Made by a program: the position numbers and the translations under genes. 58,067 nt of DNA. It comes from Girardia tigrina (Eukaryota). The DNA lies in assembly GCA_001938485.1 (NCBI GenBank), contig MQRK01208160.1:1-58067 (forward strand), read 5' to 3'. A model generated the notes under the pieces. The model worked only from the letters and a program-made list of their open reading frames with translations, did not search any database and was not told the DNA's origin. Shown here piece by piece: positions 26,079 through 38,258 of this stretch; position 1 is the first letter of the stretch; the number at the start of each line of letters is the position of its first letter.

Positions 26079-29000
26079 TGTAAGAGGATTCCATAATAAT
26101 AAACAAACGATTATAAAACAGAAAATATATATATATATGTGATTTAAAAATTACAGGAGTTGTTAATATTATTTAAACAAATTCAAGAGATTAATTTGAA
26201 TATTCTGGATACATTATTGTAATATATTTAGAATAATAAAGATAATATAAATATCATATAATTATTTATCCTTACACCCCCTTCTTTAAAAGGCTTCAGC
26301 CATTCGATATTTCTGTTTATTATTCGACTGTTTTATTCCGCATCTTCAAGCACCGATCATGTTCTTGACTAATGATTTCATAAGGGCCCTCATAACGATC
26401 CCAATACAAGTAATGCTTAAAATGTTGCCTAAAATGGAAGATAGCTAATAATTCTTTCCTGGTGATGCAATATCCTATCTCGTGTTTTGACATTGATTTC
26501 GATCCATATGCTATTACCTGTTCTTCTTTCTCATTTTTCTGCGACAGTACTGATCCTATTGTGTCAAAAGACGCGTCGGTGTCTAAAATAAATTATTTTT
26601 CAAAATCTGGATAACAATATCGGCACAGATGTTAATGCTTCCTTCAATTTATGAAAAACTACCGAATGGGCTTCTGACCAATGCATAACATCTTTTGAAC
26701 TTCCACACATTTCTTCTAATATTTTTGCCAATTTTGAGTAATTATTTATAAATTTACACATACCATTGGTGTATTCCATGGTGAAGAGCATTTCTCTATT
26801 ATCCCATGTCTTTCAAGATTACTGATCGCATCATCTATCTGTCGTTCCAGGTGGTTTGGCTGCCTCCGCGGTTTTTGTAGAATTGGTTTTCCTGATGTGT
26901 CAATTCTGTGTTTAACCAGTGTCGTCTTCCTTATATCCCATCTTCCAGTCATAAAAATATTTTTAAACTTGTTGATTCATTTATATAATTTATTTCCTTC
27001 CCTTAAATTTAACTTTTCTTTCGCATTCAGAAATTGCATTTTATCGGTATATTCCAACTTATTTGTATAAGGATTTAAGGCGCAAATTTCTCCATTAGTT
27101 TTAGTCCATAATTCCGATCCTTCATTATACTCTCTCTGCTCCATCTCAGTTCTAAACCAATCGCTCTGATCAATGTTATTCCGAAAATAATTGCCAGGAA
27201 TGCCGCTTTTGCCACATAAAATAATTGGTTAACTCTCTTATTTTTCCATACAACTATAATATTAAAAGTACCAACTATATCCATTCCGCTACCGTTCGCA
27301 CATATTACCGATGATATTGTCTTCTTATTTATTCTAATCTGCAACTTTTGTGCGATTTCCAAGTCAATAACATTGATTCGGGCACATGTGTCTAATAAAC
27401 AGTTATTTTCCATTCCTTCTATCCTAGCCTTAATACTGGGTCTATCATTAAATTCACTATAGTCTAATTTCTCATTCGGTGCAATCTCATATTTAACTAT
27501 CTTATACTCTTGAATTGAACTATCTATAAATTATTTGTTGTTTATACAGGTTTATTATAATCATTAAAACTACATACATTACAATTATTATATAATACAA
27601 TATGATATACATTACTATAATTAAAATTAAAATTATAATTACAATCATTAATATTACAAATAACCGGATCCAAAACATTCTTACTTTTTAATTTATGGCT
27701 CCTATTATCTCTTGACCTGATAGGGCCTCCGAATTTCCCGATATGTCTCGGTCACATCCGTCTATCTCCTCTATTTCGGCGATTCCGGCTATTAAAAACA
27801 TCACAATTTGAATGCAAACATTTATTTACAACACAAACAGATTCTTCACAACAATTTTCAGTGGTCATCTTTCTTTGATTAATATAGTTTTTGATTAAAT
27901 ATTTAAATATGAAAAAATCAATGAATGAAATATTACATTTTAATTTCTAATAATTTTATTGGATAAAAAGACATTATGTAATTTTTTAAATAAACATTAA
28001 TTTTTAAAAATATTAAATTTAATAAGTTAAAATCGTTTACTGAAAATATTATTAAAATTCATAATTAACAAACTTTAATTAATTAGTACTTTAATTTAAT
28101 ATCATTAAATTAATTTCATTAGATTCAAATAATTAATCAAATAAAATATCAATCCCATCTGGGTAGGAGAGTCACAAATCTAAACAGCATACAAACAACA
28201 AACTTACAACATTCACAATTATTTCTCACACCGGCAACATTCGATTTATACCGGTTCAATTCTTAACCGATCGGATCTCGATTCATCTGCTGGCCTTATT
28301 GTTTGAAACATTGGTACCATAAATGTCATTGTCCCTTACAATTTGCGCATTTCAGATATGGACGCTCTCTCCGAATATGTCCTTTGGCAAGGCATCTGTA
28401 GAACCCACTTGACGTTTTCGGGACATTCACGTCTCATATGAGCAATTTTTCTACAAATGAAACATTCAATCACCTTACTCGCTGACGTCTGGAATCTCTA
28501 TTGGTTTCTTTGATCATAATTTTCATTTCGTTTTATTAATTCCGGTCGGGACTCCCTTGTTTGCTGGAAACGGTTTGGTTTCCCGAAATTTGATTTTTCT
28601 CGCAACACATTTGCAAAAGTCTTTTTCTGTTGCAATAACGCAATCTCGTTGGACTGTACTTCAGCCTTGATGTGCTCCGATTTTTCGATTACCATCTTAA
28701 TGGAATCCGGAACTTTCGCTTCTTGCATAAAAATTTGCGTCCTGATTGACACATCCTCGACACAGTGGGTGAGGAAATAGGTCATCAATTCCTATTTGTT
28801 CCACTTGTGTAACAGTACTCTGTCCACCATTTTTTCAATTTTGTTGAAAAATACTGTCGGTTTCCTTCCTGTATGTTATCAATTCGTTGAGATCCTGGAT
28901 TAGGTACGATGGTCGTTTGAAAGCCTTTCTCAATCGATCCTTGAAATCCGTGATCTTGCTATCCACTGTTTTGTACGTGGCTAACATATCTCGGTCCATG

Positions 29001-29342
29001 AAAGCTTTAGCGATTGTCGCTTGAATAGCCTCGTTGATCTGAGCAACTTTAAAGAATCGCTGGCAATCAGCTTTAAATTCTTCTATGTCCTGTGACCATT
29101 TATAAACCTTCGGAGTCTGATTTCCAATGACACTGGCCGTGGTCGGCATGCAAGAGGATTCCATAATAATTAACAAACGATTATAAAACAGAAAATATAT
29201 ATTTGTGATTTAAAAATTACACGAGTTGTTTATATTATTTAAACAAATTCAAGAGATTAATTTGAATATTCTGGATCCATTATTGTAATATATTTAGTAT
29301 AATAAAGATAATATAAATATCATATAATTATTTATCCTTACA
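26079..29342 (-). mobile_element. internally deleted gypsy LTR retrotransposon with both LTRs
   Basis: LTRs 26079-26276 and 29149-29342 (TG...CA), TSD ATTAT on both sides, PBS-like TGCCGACCACGG, PPT TTTAAAGAAGGGG. Gag remnant with CFICRKIAHMRREC knuckle, protease LLDTC, RT start SSPWNTP fused to RNase H ILDTDAS, integrase tail YEGPYEI. Confidence 0.92.
27790..28230 (-). mobile_element. solo LTR (TG...TA family) nested in the gypsy element
   Basis: Minus strand TGTGAGAAAT...GTTTTTAATA flanked by a perfect CCGGC duplication. Homologous to 42665-43503. Confidence 0.85.
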
Positions 29343-29842
29343 ATTATAATAAATATTATCCATTGTTTTCAAAAATTAGATGAAACTTAGAAATATACAA
29401 AGTATTAATCAAGAAAGAATGTCGAATAGTGAAGGCGGTTTGAATAATTGTTGTAATGACAATTATGCTTGTGATATCAATAAATTTTGGAAAAATCATA
29501 TTAATGTTAATAATAATTGTGAGAAGTGGTTGCAACCTCAATATCAGGATTCATTTTTTTAACACCAAAATTTATTTATATAACAATTCGCATATTTAAA
29601 ACAAATTTTCTGTTAATTTAATTATCTCGACCCAAATTAATCTATTAAATTCTCTTCGATTTAATTTTTTTAATAGTTGTTTTATTATATAATTTTTAAT
29701 TTTAAAATATTGAATAATCATATTAACATAAAAATATTTTACCCTTTAAATTAAAAAAATAATAAATTATTCAGAAGAGATAAAAATTTAAATTAACCCT
29801 TCATAATAATAATAATAATAATTTTTATCATTATTATTATTA

Positions 29843-30593
29843 CTAGCGCGCTCGGCCCGCTTCGCGGCCCTCTCTTGCCGGGGGTTCAATTTTTTTATAT
29901 TATAAAAGCCCAAGTCACTCACTGCCTGCCTCACTGCCTCACTAACGCTGTAAGGTNNNNNNNNNNNNNNNNNNNNNNNNNNNNNNNNNNNNNNNNNNNN
30001 NNNNNNNNNNNNNNNNNNNNNNNNNNNNNNNNNNNNNNNNNNNNNNNNNNNNNNNNNNNNNNNNNNNNNNNNNNNNNNNNNNNNNNNNNNNNNNNNNNNN
30101 NNNNNNNNNNNNNNNNNNNNNNNNNNNNNNNNNNNNNNNNNNNNNNNNNNNNNNNNNNNNNNNNNNNNNNNNNNNNNNNNNNNNNNNNNNNNNNNNNNNN
30201 NNNNNNNNNNNNNNNNNNNNNNNNNNNNNNNNNNNNNNNNNNNNNNNNNNNNNNNNNNNNNNNNNNNNNNNNNNNNNNNNNNNNNNNNNNNNNNNNNNNN
30301 NNNNNNNNNNNNNNNNNNNNNNNNNNNNNNNNNNNNNNNNNNNNNNNNNNNNNNNNNNNNNNNNNNNNNNNNNNNNNNNNNNNNNNNNNNNNNNNNNNNN
30401 NNNNNNNNNNNNNNNNNNNNNNNNNNNNNNNNATGCATCCATCATGTTAACGTATTGTATCCATCATGTCAACATATTTCATTTATCATGTTAACAAATT
30501 GCATTCTTAATGTCAACGTAATGCACAGTTGATTATTTTCAGTTGATTATTTCGTCAGCGTTAGTGAAGCAGTGAGTGACTTGGGCTTTTATA

Positions 30594-30594
<1 letters not shown>
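29843..30594 (-). mobile_element. non-autonomous Helitron (with an opposite-orientation 5' end inside, and a gap)
   Basis: Reverse complement of the 3' hairpin plus CTAG at 29843 and of the TTATAAAAGCCCAAGTCACTCACTG 5' end at about 30570-30594. Same family as 34482-34840. Confidence 0.7.
30434..30521. repeat. 22-bp minisatellite (4 visible units, probably continuing into the gap)
   Basis: TGCATCCATCATGTTAACGTAT / TGTATCCATCATGTCAACATAT / TTCATTTATCATGTTAACAAAT / TGCATTCTTAATGTCAACGTAA. Confidence 0.85.
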
Positions 30595-30626
<32 letters not shown>

Positions 30627-31350
30627 TTAAGTTATTTAAGACACTTTCCTTTTTTTAGTTTACACAATCATTATTCTATCGAAATTTCATGTACTTATAT
30701 ATAATCGAAATTACTTAAAAACATAAATTAGTTAAACAAAATAGAAAAAATAATTTAAACAAAAATGTCTTCAATCTAAAATTATATTATGCATCACAAT
30801 TTTTAACAAAATTATTTTCCTCAATCTCCTTTTTTATTTCTATGAACTTATTTAACTTAACGTTATTTATGATAATAAGTAATAAAATTTTGTTTATTAG
30901 AAATTTTAATAAATATTGTCGTAATATTATTTAATATTATTTTTCTTGAATTTCTCAAATAATTTATACATAAAATAATCAATAATATGAAAAACAATTC
31001 TCTAAAAAATGTAAATTCATTCTGACAAATATTTTTTTTTAATTTAGATTTTTAATATTTTTATTGATTACAAATTTAGTGATTCTTTCAAGAAAAATAA
31101 AATGAAAATATAAATTTATAAATATTTTATAAATGAAAATATAAATATTAAAGTAATTTTTTTATAAGATATTTAAGTTTACAATAAAATGTTTATAAAT
31201 AATAATTAGTATTTTAATAATATAATTGATAATTAACACAATGAGATGAAACAAGATTTTTTGTACATAATTACATTGTATATAATTGCATTTAAAAAAA
31301 GATAATTCAGATTGAATAATATAAAGTACAGTACTCATTGAGTTATTTGA

Positions 31351-32453
31351 ATGGAAAATCAAAATGAGCATATTCGTCATGTTATGTTGCATTATTTTCG
31401 CAAAGGGAAAACTGCTGTGCAAGCTCATAAGAAGATATGTTTTGTATATTGTAGTGACTCCTTAAAACTTCGACAGTGTCAATACTGGATTTCTAAATTT
31501 CGTTCTGAAAAATTCCATCTGAAAGATGCACCACGCTCCGGTCGACCAGTTGAAGTTGATGACGACAAAATAACAGTACTGATCAAATCTAATCCATATA
31601 TGACGACAAGGGAAATTGCAGAGACTCTGGAAATATCAAAATCAAGTGTTTGAAGTCATTTAAAGAAACTTGGATTCGTCAGTAAACTCGATATATGGTT
31701 ACCACATGAACTAAAAGAAATTCATTTGGTGAAACGTATAGACATTTGCGATTCCCTTTTGAGGCGAGAACAAAGTGATCCATTTTTGACGCGCTTGATT
31801 ACGGGTGACGAAAAATGGATTGTTTACAACAATGTGGAACGCCGACGATCAAGAACAAAACATGGTGAGCCTGCCAAAACGATGCCTAAAGCAGAAATTC
31901 ACCAAAAGAAGGTTATGCTTTCCGTCTGGTGGGATTTTAAAGGAATTGTGTTTTTTGAACTCCTTCCTAGGAATGAAACCATCAATTCAGACAGATATTG
32001 TGGTCAGCTGGAGAAATTGGCTCATTCAATTCAACAGGAACGTCCTGAATTGGCAAATCGAAAAGGAGTTGTAATTCAGCATGATAACGCAAGACCGCAT
32101 ACAAGTTTGACCACTCTCCAGAAACTCTTATCACTGGGTTGGGAGGTTTTACCGCAATCACCGTATTCTCCAGACTTGGTCCCATCGGATTTTCACTTAT
32201 GTAGATCACTGCAGAATTCCTTAAGCAGAAAAACATTCACCAGTAATGATGACATCAAATTGTTCCCAGACGGCTTTTTTGCTGACAAAGGCAAAGGTTT
32301 TACTGAATCAGGAATAATGAAGCTACCGGAAAGGTGGAAGAACGTGATTGAAAATAATGGACAGTATATCGTGTAAAAATATTTGTGCATCCATGTCATT
32401 TTTTGATAATAAATATTTTAGTAAAAAACGCAATGACTTTTTGGCCAACCCAA
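31351..32453 (+). mobile_element. mariner (mellifera-like); transposase 31351-32376 with a single in-frame stop; 3' TIR present
   Basis: MENQNEHIRHVMLHYFRKGK, WLPHEL, TGDEKW, HDNARPH, YSPDLVPSDF all in one frame with TGA at 31651-31653. TIR ...CTTTTTGGCCAACCCAA|TA. No matching 5' TIR seen. Confidence 0.95.
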
Positions 32454-33398
32454 TATAAATATTTTGGGTGTTTACATGAATTAATTCTCTTGATATATGT
32501 ATGTGATATTTTATGAAAATTCTTAACATAATCTACAATAATTTTGAAAAAAATCATCGGGTTTTTAAGGTATGCTTTTTTAATTTTATAATGTATTTAT
32601 GACTATCATGTTTATTGATATTATAAATGTAAATAATGGAATATGTTAAATATAATTAAAATCAAAAATAACTGAAAAAAACAAAATTTTTTACGGTATA
32701 AGAACAAAATGACTTGTCAGTGGGGTATTTCTAGAACCCTTTGATAATAAAATGCTAATTGAAATGGGAAAAGAATGTTTAAATTAACGAAAAAAAATAA
32801 AAAAATAATTCAATTAAAATAACTTTAAAACAATCAGTTATGTTTGAAAAATTTTTTATATCAAATGAAAAATATCTTTCGGGTAAACATCCTTAACATA
32901 ATTATGAAAGATAATTCTCGCAGTGCATAACAGGCGAACAATTAACCAGGGTCAGATTCAACAATATCATTAAAGAACAAAAAATAATTTACTAAGTAGA
33001 ACTTTTTTAGTCGTCGGAAATCCTGTTAATATCACAGGATATGTTCGTGATGCAACGAAGGATAGTATTATTAACTGAAATATGCTACAAGTAATACCAT
33101 ATTTGACAGAAAGTTGTTTTTATATTAAAACTTAATTATAAACAAATATAAAGGCTTTTTTTCTTTGTCGTGGATCTTGCGGATTAGAACATCTACGAAC
33201 CATATCTTATCTTATTAAATTCATTATATGTTATACCATTAACATGTACAACAAGTTGTCCTTCGATCTCTAAATGAAAATAGTAACGATACTCTTTATA
33301 CATTATGAATGATGGCAAATCTATTTAAAATTTGAACTACCTCGATTCAATCATATGAACAATTCTACATATTTAAAGATTAATCCAATTTTACAGCT

Positions 33399-34049
33399 TC
33401 ACTTAATTAGTTCATCTATTAACCGGAATACGGTTGAGGGGTCGTTTGATCCAACTTTTATTTCAAAAAGTTCCCTCATTATCTCCAGAATGTTCTTTTC
33501 ACTGGTGAATGCAGATCTCATTTTTGTTTTCCATGTATCTCCCTCTGCATTTTCGTATTTGTTTATTGCTTCCGGAGTCATGAATGCTGTCACCAGCAAG
33601 ACTCTTCTTTCTTCTGAGAATCCCATGATCTAGGCATATCTGCCGAAGCTCTTAAAGAATTCCTCAACATTTGACTCAGATCCGTCAAATATTTCTGGAC
33701 CTCTAATGTTCGGAGTCACGTGGTCGTTGGTCGCCATATTAAGAACATTAATTGGGTTTTCTTTACATTTATTTATATCACAATTTGAATTGTCACTAGA
33801 ACAATTCTCCGTAAAACTTGCGTAGCTCGTCATCGTTCTTGATTGGTAATCTTTAATAATATTATTAAAACATTATTTTTGAAATATTAATTTAATTTTA
33901 AAGTGATTATTGATATTTTAATAATTGATCAAACAACCCGACGTTTTAAAATATTAAAATATCAATCTTCCATCTGGGTGGGAGAAACACAATCCTAAAA
34001 CAACATACAAAACAACACACAATAAACACCATTCAAAAATATTCCTCAA
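33399..34049 (-). mobile_element. 5' end of a gypsy-like element: LTR (33737-34049), PBS, gag fragment
   Basis: LTR end GTTCTTAATA directly followed by TGGCGACCAACG. Gag-like PEIFDGSESNVEEFFKSFGRYA*IMGFSEERR. Confidence 0.75.
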
Positions 34050-34481
34050 AATCATGATGATCATTTTTATATTTTTGACAATCTGATAGAAGGTTGTTTT
34101 CTCATTATGTAAACAACTTTCTTCATATTACTCAAGATTTACTTCCTACGTGAATCTCGCTTTCTAATGTGACCATTTTTCATCAGATTCGGTACCCTTT
34201 CTTTTGCAAAATCCTTCTTAAAAATTTGGACCATTTACACTTTCATTAATTCTGCTATTCATGCTATCACAAGCATTTAGTGCATTTCGAAAGCATTGAA
34301 TCGTTTCTTTTTTTGATTCACCTTGTTAAGTCTTAAATTTATTTGAACTTTTTAAATTTGAACATTTTTTATTAAATGGCGTCTCCATTACAAAGAACAA
34401 GCTAATAAATTACGAATTAATGAGTCATTTGACCTCTGATTCAAATACTTATGTCAAGCAATTAATCCAAAATCGGAATTA

Positions 34482-34840
34482 TCTTATCTTATAAAAGCCC
34501 AAGTCACTCACTGCCTGCCTCACTGCCTCACTAACGCTGTAAGGTAAATTTTTGAAATGATTTTATAATCAATAAAGAAATGATTGTATATTAANNNNNN
34601 NNNNNNNNNNNNNNNNNNNNNNNNNNNNNNNNNNNNNNNNNNNNNNNNNNNNNNNNNNNNNNNNNNNNNNNNNNNNNNNNNNNNNNNNNNNNNNNNNNNN
34701 NNNNNNNNNNNNTGTTATACGATTTTTTATACTCGAAACACTGAAATTTTCAATAAAAATGCTTTCAGAAAAAAGTCGCGTGATCTAATAACATTGAACC
34801 CCCGGCAAGAGAGGGCCGCGAAGCGGGCTGAGCGCGCTAG
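34482..34840 (+). mobile_element. non-autonomous Helitron
   Basis: A|TCTTATCTTATAAAAGCCCAAGTCACT ... GC-rich hairpin GGCCGCGAAGCGGGC ... GCTAG|T; no TSD. Confidence 0.8.
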
Positions 34841-34994
34841 TTTCAAATAATGTCGTATAGGAATTATTTAATCAAGAATTGTTATGAAACTCAAAATACA
34901 CGTTTTTTTTAACTCAACACAATATGTTCCAGATTGATTAAATATATGTATTATTATTTAAAAGTGTGATGAACGATAATTCGGTTGTTTAAAT

Positions 34995-36085
34995 TCATTG
35001 ATTCGAGAGGATAATCTAGGGTGCCAATTCGATCAAATTCCGACGGGAAGTTCTGATAGCGAGCGGCAATGTGGTGGCGAGTCTGAGAACGAGGGGCTGG
35101 AGGCAGAGACAGGAACAACTGACTGAAGGTGTACTGCGGTCTGTACAATCTTGCGGTGCCGGACTTTGTGGAGACTCGGGTGACCAATGAATGATATTGT
35201 TACGGATCCAATTGTTACGGATCTGAAAATCGGGGCCATGAAACAGTGACCGTTTGCTGGATTAAACAAGTCGGGCGACCAGGAATGGGCTTATCTCGGC
35301 AATTCATTGTGCGGTCTTGGGGCTGATGAGAACCAAGTCGGGAACATTTTCTTTATCTCAAAATTGGTCGAACTACTCGACACTGTCTTTTTTATTTTTC
35401 AAAAAAAACAACCAAAGAACTTTTTTTCATGTCTACCACCATGCAGTAATGACCCTAATTAAGATACTACTAGGAGTGATATCTTCTGAAGTGAGAAGGT
35501 TCATGCTGCGAGAAAACGTGAAAAAGTAGCACGGGCGATGAATATTGTTGGAAGCATGAACGAAACAAGAAGCGAGGGCCAGGTGAATACGTGGAGATCC
35601 TCGTGAAATATTAATGGAGATGGCTAAGGGCGGATCGCGACTGGGGCGATTAATGACGCAACTTGAAGATCCGGGGACGATCACTGCAGCGGTGGCAAGA
35701 TCACCGTTGTCTTAAATTGGCGATCGAGGGTCCAAATTTGACCCTCGGAGGACCAGTTGTAATACCGGTTATGGCTTTCCCTCTTGCTCGGGTTATGTGT
35801 CTTGATTGTAGACGACATGTTGATAAATCGATCAAGGCTTCCGAAAGGAGGTGATAATTCGCTGAATCTTGTGGGTCGGGCAGCCGAGAGCGGGCCGTCC
35901 GAGAAACTTACAGTGTGGTATAAAGGCCGTAAATCAAATCTGAGAGGCTTCCGGAACTGTTATAGGAACAGAAAATTTAATCTGCGTCTTGGAGACAATA
36001 TCGTTTTGAAGGCCTCTGGTCAACAAAAACCAGTGACTATTAGCCTCCTTGCTAGAACAGTGAATGTTCCTTAATGACAGGGGTC
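34995..36085 (-). mobile_element. GC-richer insert, probable degenerate LINE RT relic, bounded by 31-bp direct repeats
   Basis: GTGTGATGAACGATAATTCGGTTGTTTAAAT occurs at 34964-34994 and 36086-36116. Weak RT-like remnants on the minus strand (DSANY, HLALASCFVHASNNIHR). Confidence 0.45.
35347..35460 (+). pseudogene. ELOVL/GNS1-SUR4 fatty-acid elongase fragment
   Basis: FFISKLVELLDTVF...KKNNQRTFFHVYHHAVM: KxxExxDT and HxxHH signature motifs. Confidence 0.85.
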
Positions 36086-36499
36086 GTGTGATGAACGATA
36101 ATTCGGTTGTTTAAATACACCGAATATCGTATTTGCTTTTTATTTAAATATATTTTTAGAGCTCATTGTGTGTGTTTTACATAAAGTAAAAAATTACAAC
36201 AAAATCAAACTAAAAAAATATATATGTATAGATTTTATAAAGTTTTTGATTTTTTTTACAAAAAAAATTTTACTAGAAAATTCCAGAAATTTATGATTGT
36301 TGTTTAAATAATATTGTTATTGGAGATGAGATAATTTGAATTTGTAAATTTCGAATCTATAAAATTGAGTATCGCTTGAGTTTTTTTTGTCAAATAATTG
36401 AGAGGAGTTTGAATTTTCAGAGCGCGATTGATTCTATAGTCGATGTCCAATTTGAGAGCGGAAAATTAAATGTTCGTTAAGACTCCGCATTTTGCGTCG

Positions 36500-36890
36500 G
36501 CTTGTGTTATGATTTTTTGATCTTTGTGCTGATCGGACCAAAATTAATGGCCAATGGATCGGCGTTTAATTTAAAATTCGTTATAATATCCAATAATTTC
36601 ATGTTGGTCACTTGGTTGACATATATGTGTATTTTGTTTGCAAGATACTCTCTTTTCAATACCGACTTCAATCTGTTCTATTATCCGGTCTATTAAAGCA
36701 ACGATCGCAAATCGATAGTGTCAGCCTGGGCTGTTTACATTTTCTATATCTCGAAATTGGTCGAACTACTCGACACTGCCTTCTTTATTTTTCAAAAAAA
36801 ACAACCAAATAACCTTTTTTTTAATGTCTACCGCCGTGCAATAATGCCCCTTATATGGTGCCTTTGCTTCACAATTTGTTACTAGTGGCA
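36500..36890 (+). pseudogene. intronless ELOVL elongase pseudogene fragment
   Basis: LIFVLIGPKLMAN..FNLK...WAVYIFYISKLVELLDTAFFIF.KNNQITF. Frameshifts; the His box is destroyed (NVYRR). Confidence 0.85.
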
Positions 36891-37702
36891 AAGTGATATG
36901 TCTTTCGGCCAAACATGACATCACCGTTCCGGCTTTCAGAACCCCACGAACTGTTGAAGAAGTTTCAATAGTTGCGGAAGAAATTGCTAAATCGTTGGGA
37001 ACCAGAAATGTGGTAGTTAAAGTTCAGGTACTAGCAAAAGTCTGTCGAGGGTGCGCATTCCTATGGGCCCGAATTCGCCTAATCCTTATCTTCGAAATTT
37101 AGATGAAACATAATAAATTAAAAAACACTTACAAAATGAATCATAATCTGAACGATTTTGAAAATTTTTCGATTCAAGCCTTGCACAAATAGAAAATCAA
37201 GTTTGGTACTTTGTATTAACTATATTTAATCATTTTCTATTATAGCAATCAACACAATGTTTTGTTGTCCTTTTGTATAATTGAATCTTGATTCAGAAAA
37301 CTCTTTCACGTAAACTTTCATTCTTTCAAAAACCAATAATATTTTTATGTTTGAAATATATATTTAGCATAAGCGAAAATAATAAATTAATAACTGAATA
37401 TTACAAAAAACTATAAAAAATTCTTCTTTCATCTGTCGAAATATTTTTTTTACTGTAGGATGAGTTTTTCTTTCTAAATTATTCATAGAAATCTCAGGAA
37501 AATCATTTTTTCTAACAGCTTCTTTCATAAAATAGAGAGTTTTTATTGGAGCTGAAAAAGATTCAAATTATTTTCCAATGTGATTTACTTTCACGAAACC
37601 TCAATTGTAAAAAAAGTGTAAAAAGTATTTCATGGAATTGCAACAATCTACAAAGCAGTAGATATATAAAAATCGTTTATTTCTTTTTAATAAAAATTTT
37701 TC

Positions 37703-37738
<36 letters not shown>

Positions 37739-38258
37739 NNNNNNNNNNNNNNNNNNNNNNNNNNNNNNNNNNNNNNNNNNNNNNNNNNNNNNNNNNNNNN
37801 NNNNNNNNNNNNNNNNNNNNNNNNNNNNNNNNNNNNNNNNNNNNNNNNNNNNNNNNNNNNNNNNNNNNNNNNNNNNNNNNNNNNNNNNNNNNNNNNNNNN
37901 NNNNNNNNNNNNNNNNNNNNNNNNNNNNNNNNNNNNNNNNNNNNNNNNNNNNNNNNNNNNNNNNNNNNNNNNNNNNNNNNNNNNNNNNNNNNNNNNNNNN
38001 NNNNNNNNNNNNNNNNNNNNNNNNNNNNNNNNNNNNNNNNNNNNNNNNNNNNNNNNNNNNNNNNNNNNNNNNNNNNNNNNNNNNNNNNNNNNNNNNNNNN
38101 NNNNNNNNNNNNNNNNNNNNNNNNNNNNNNNNNNNNNNNNNNNNNNNNNNNNNNNNNNNNNNNNNNNNNNNNNNNNNNNNNNNNNNNNNNNNNNNNNNNN
38201 NNNNNNNNNNNNNNNNNNNNNNNNNNNNNNNNNNNNNNNNNNNNNNNNNNNNNNNNNN

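Noticed and set aside
30434-30521. CRISPR-like array
   Set aside because: Head-to-tail 22-bp units without spacers, in eukaryotic DNA.
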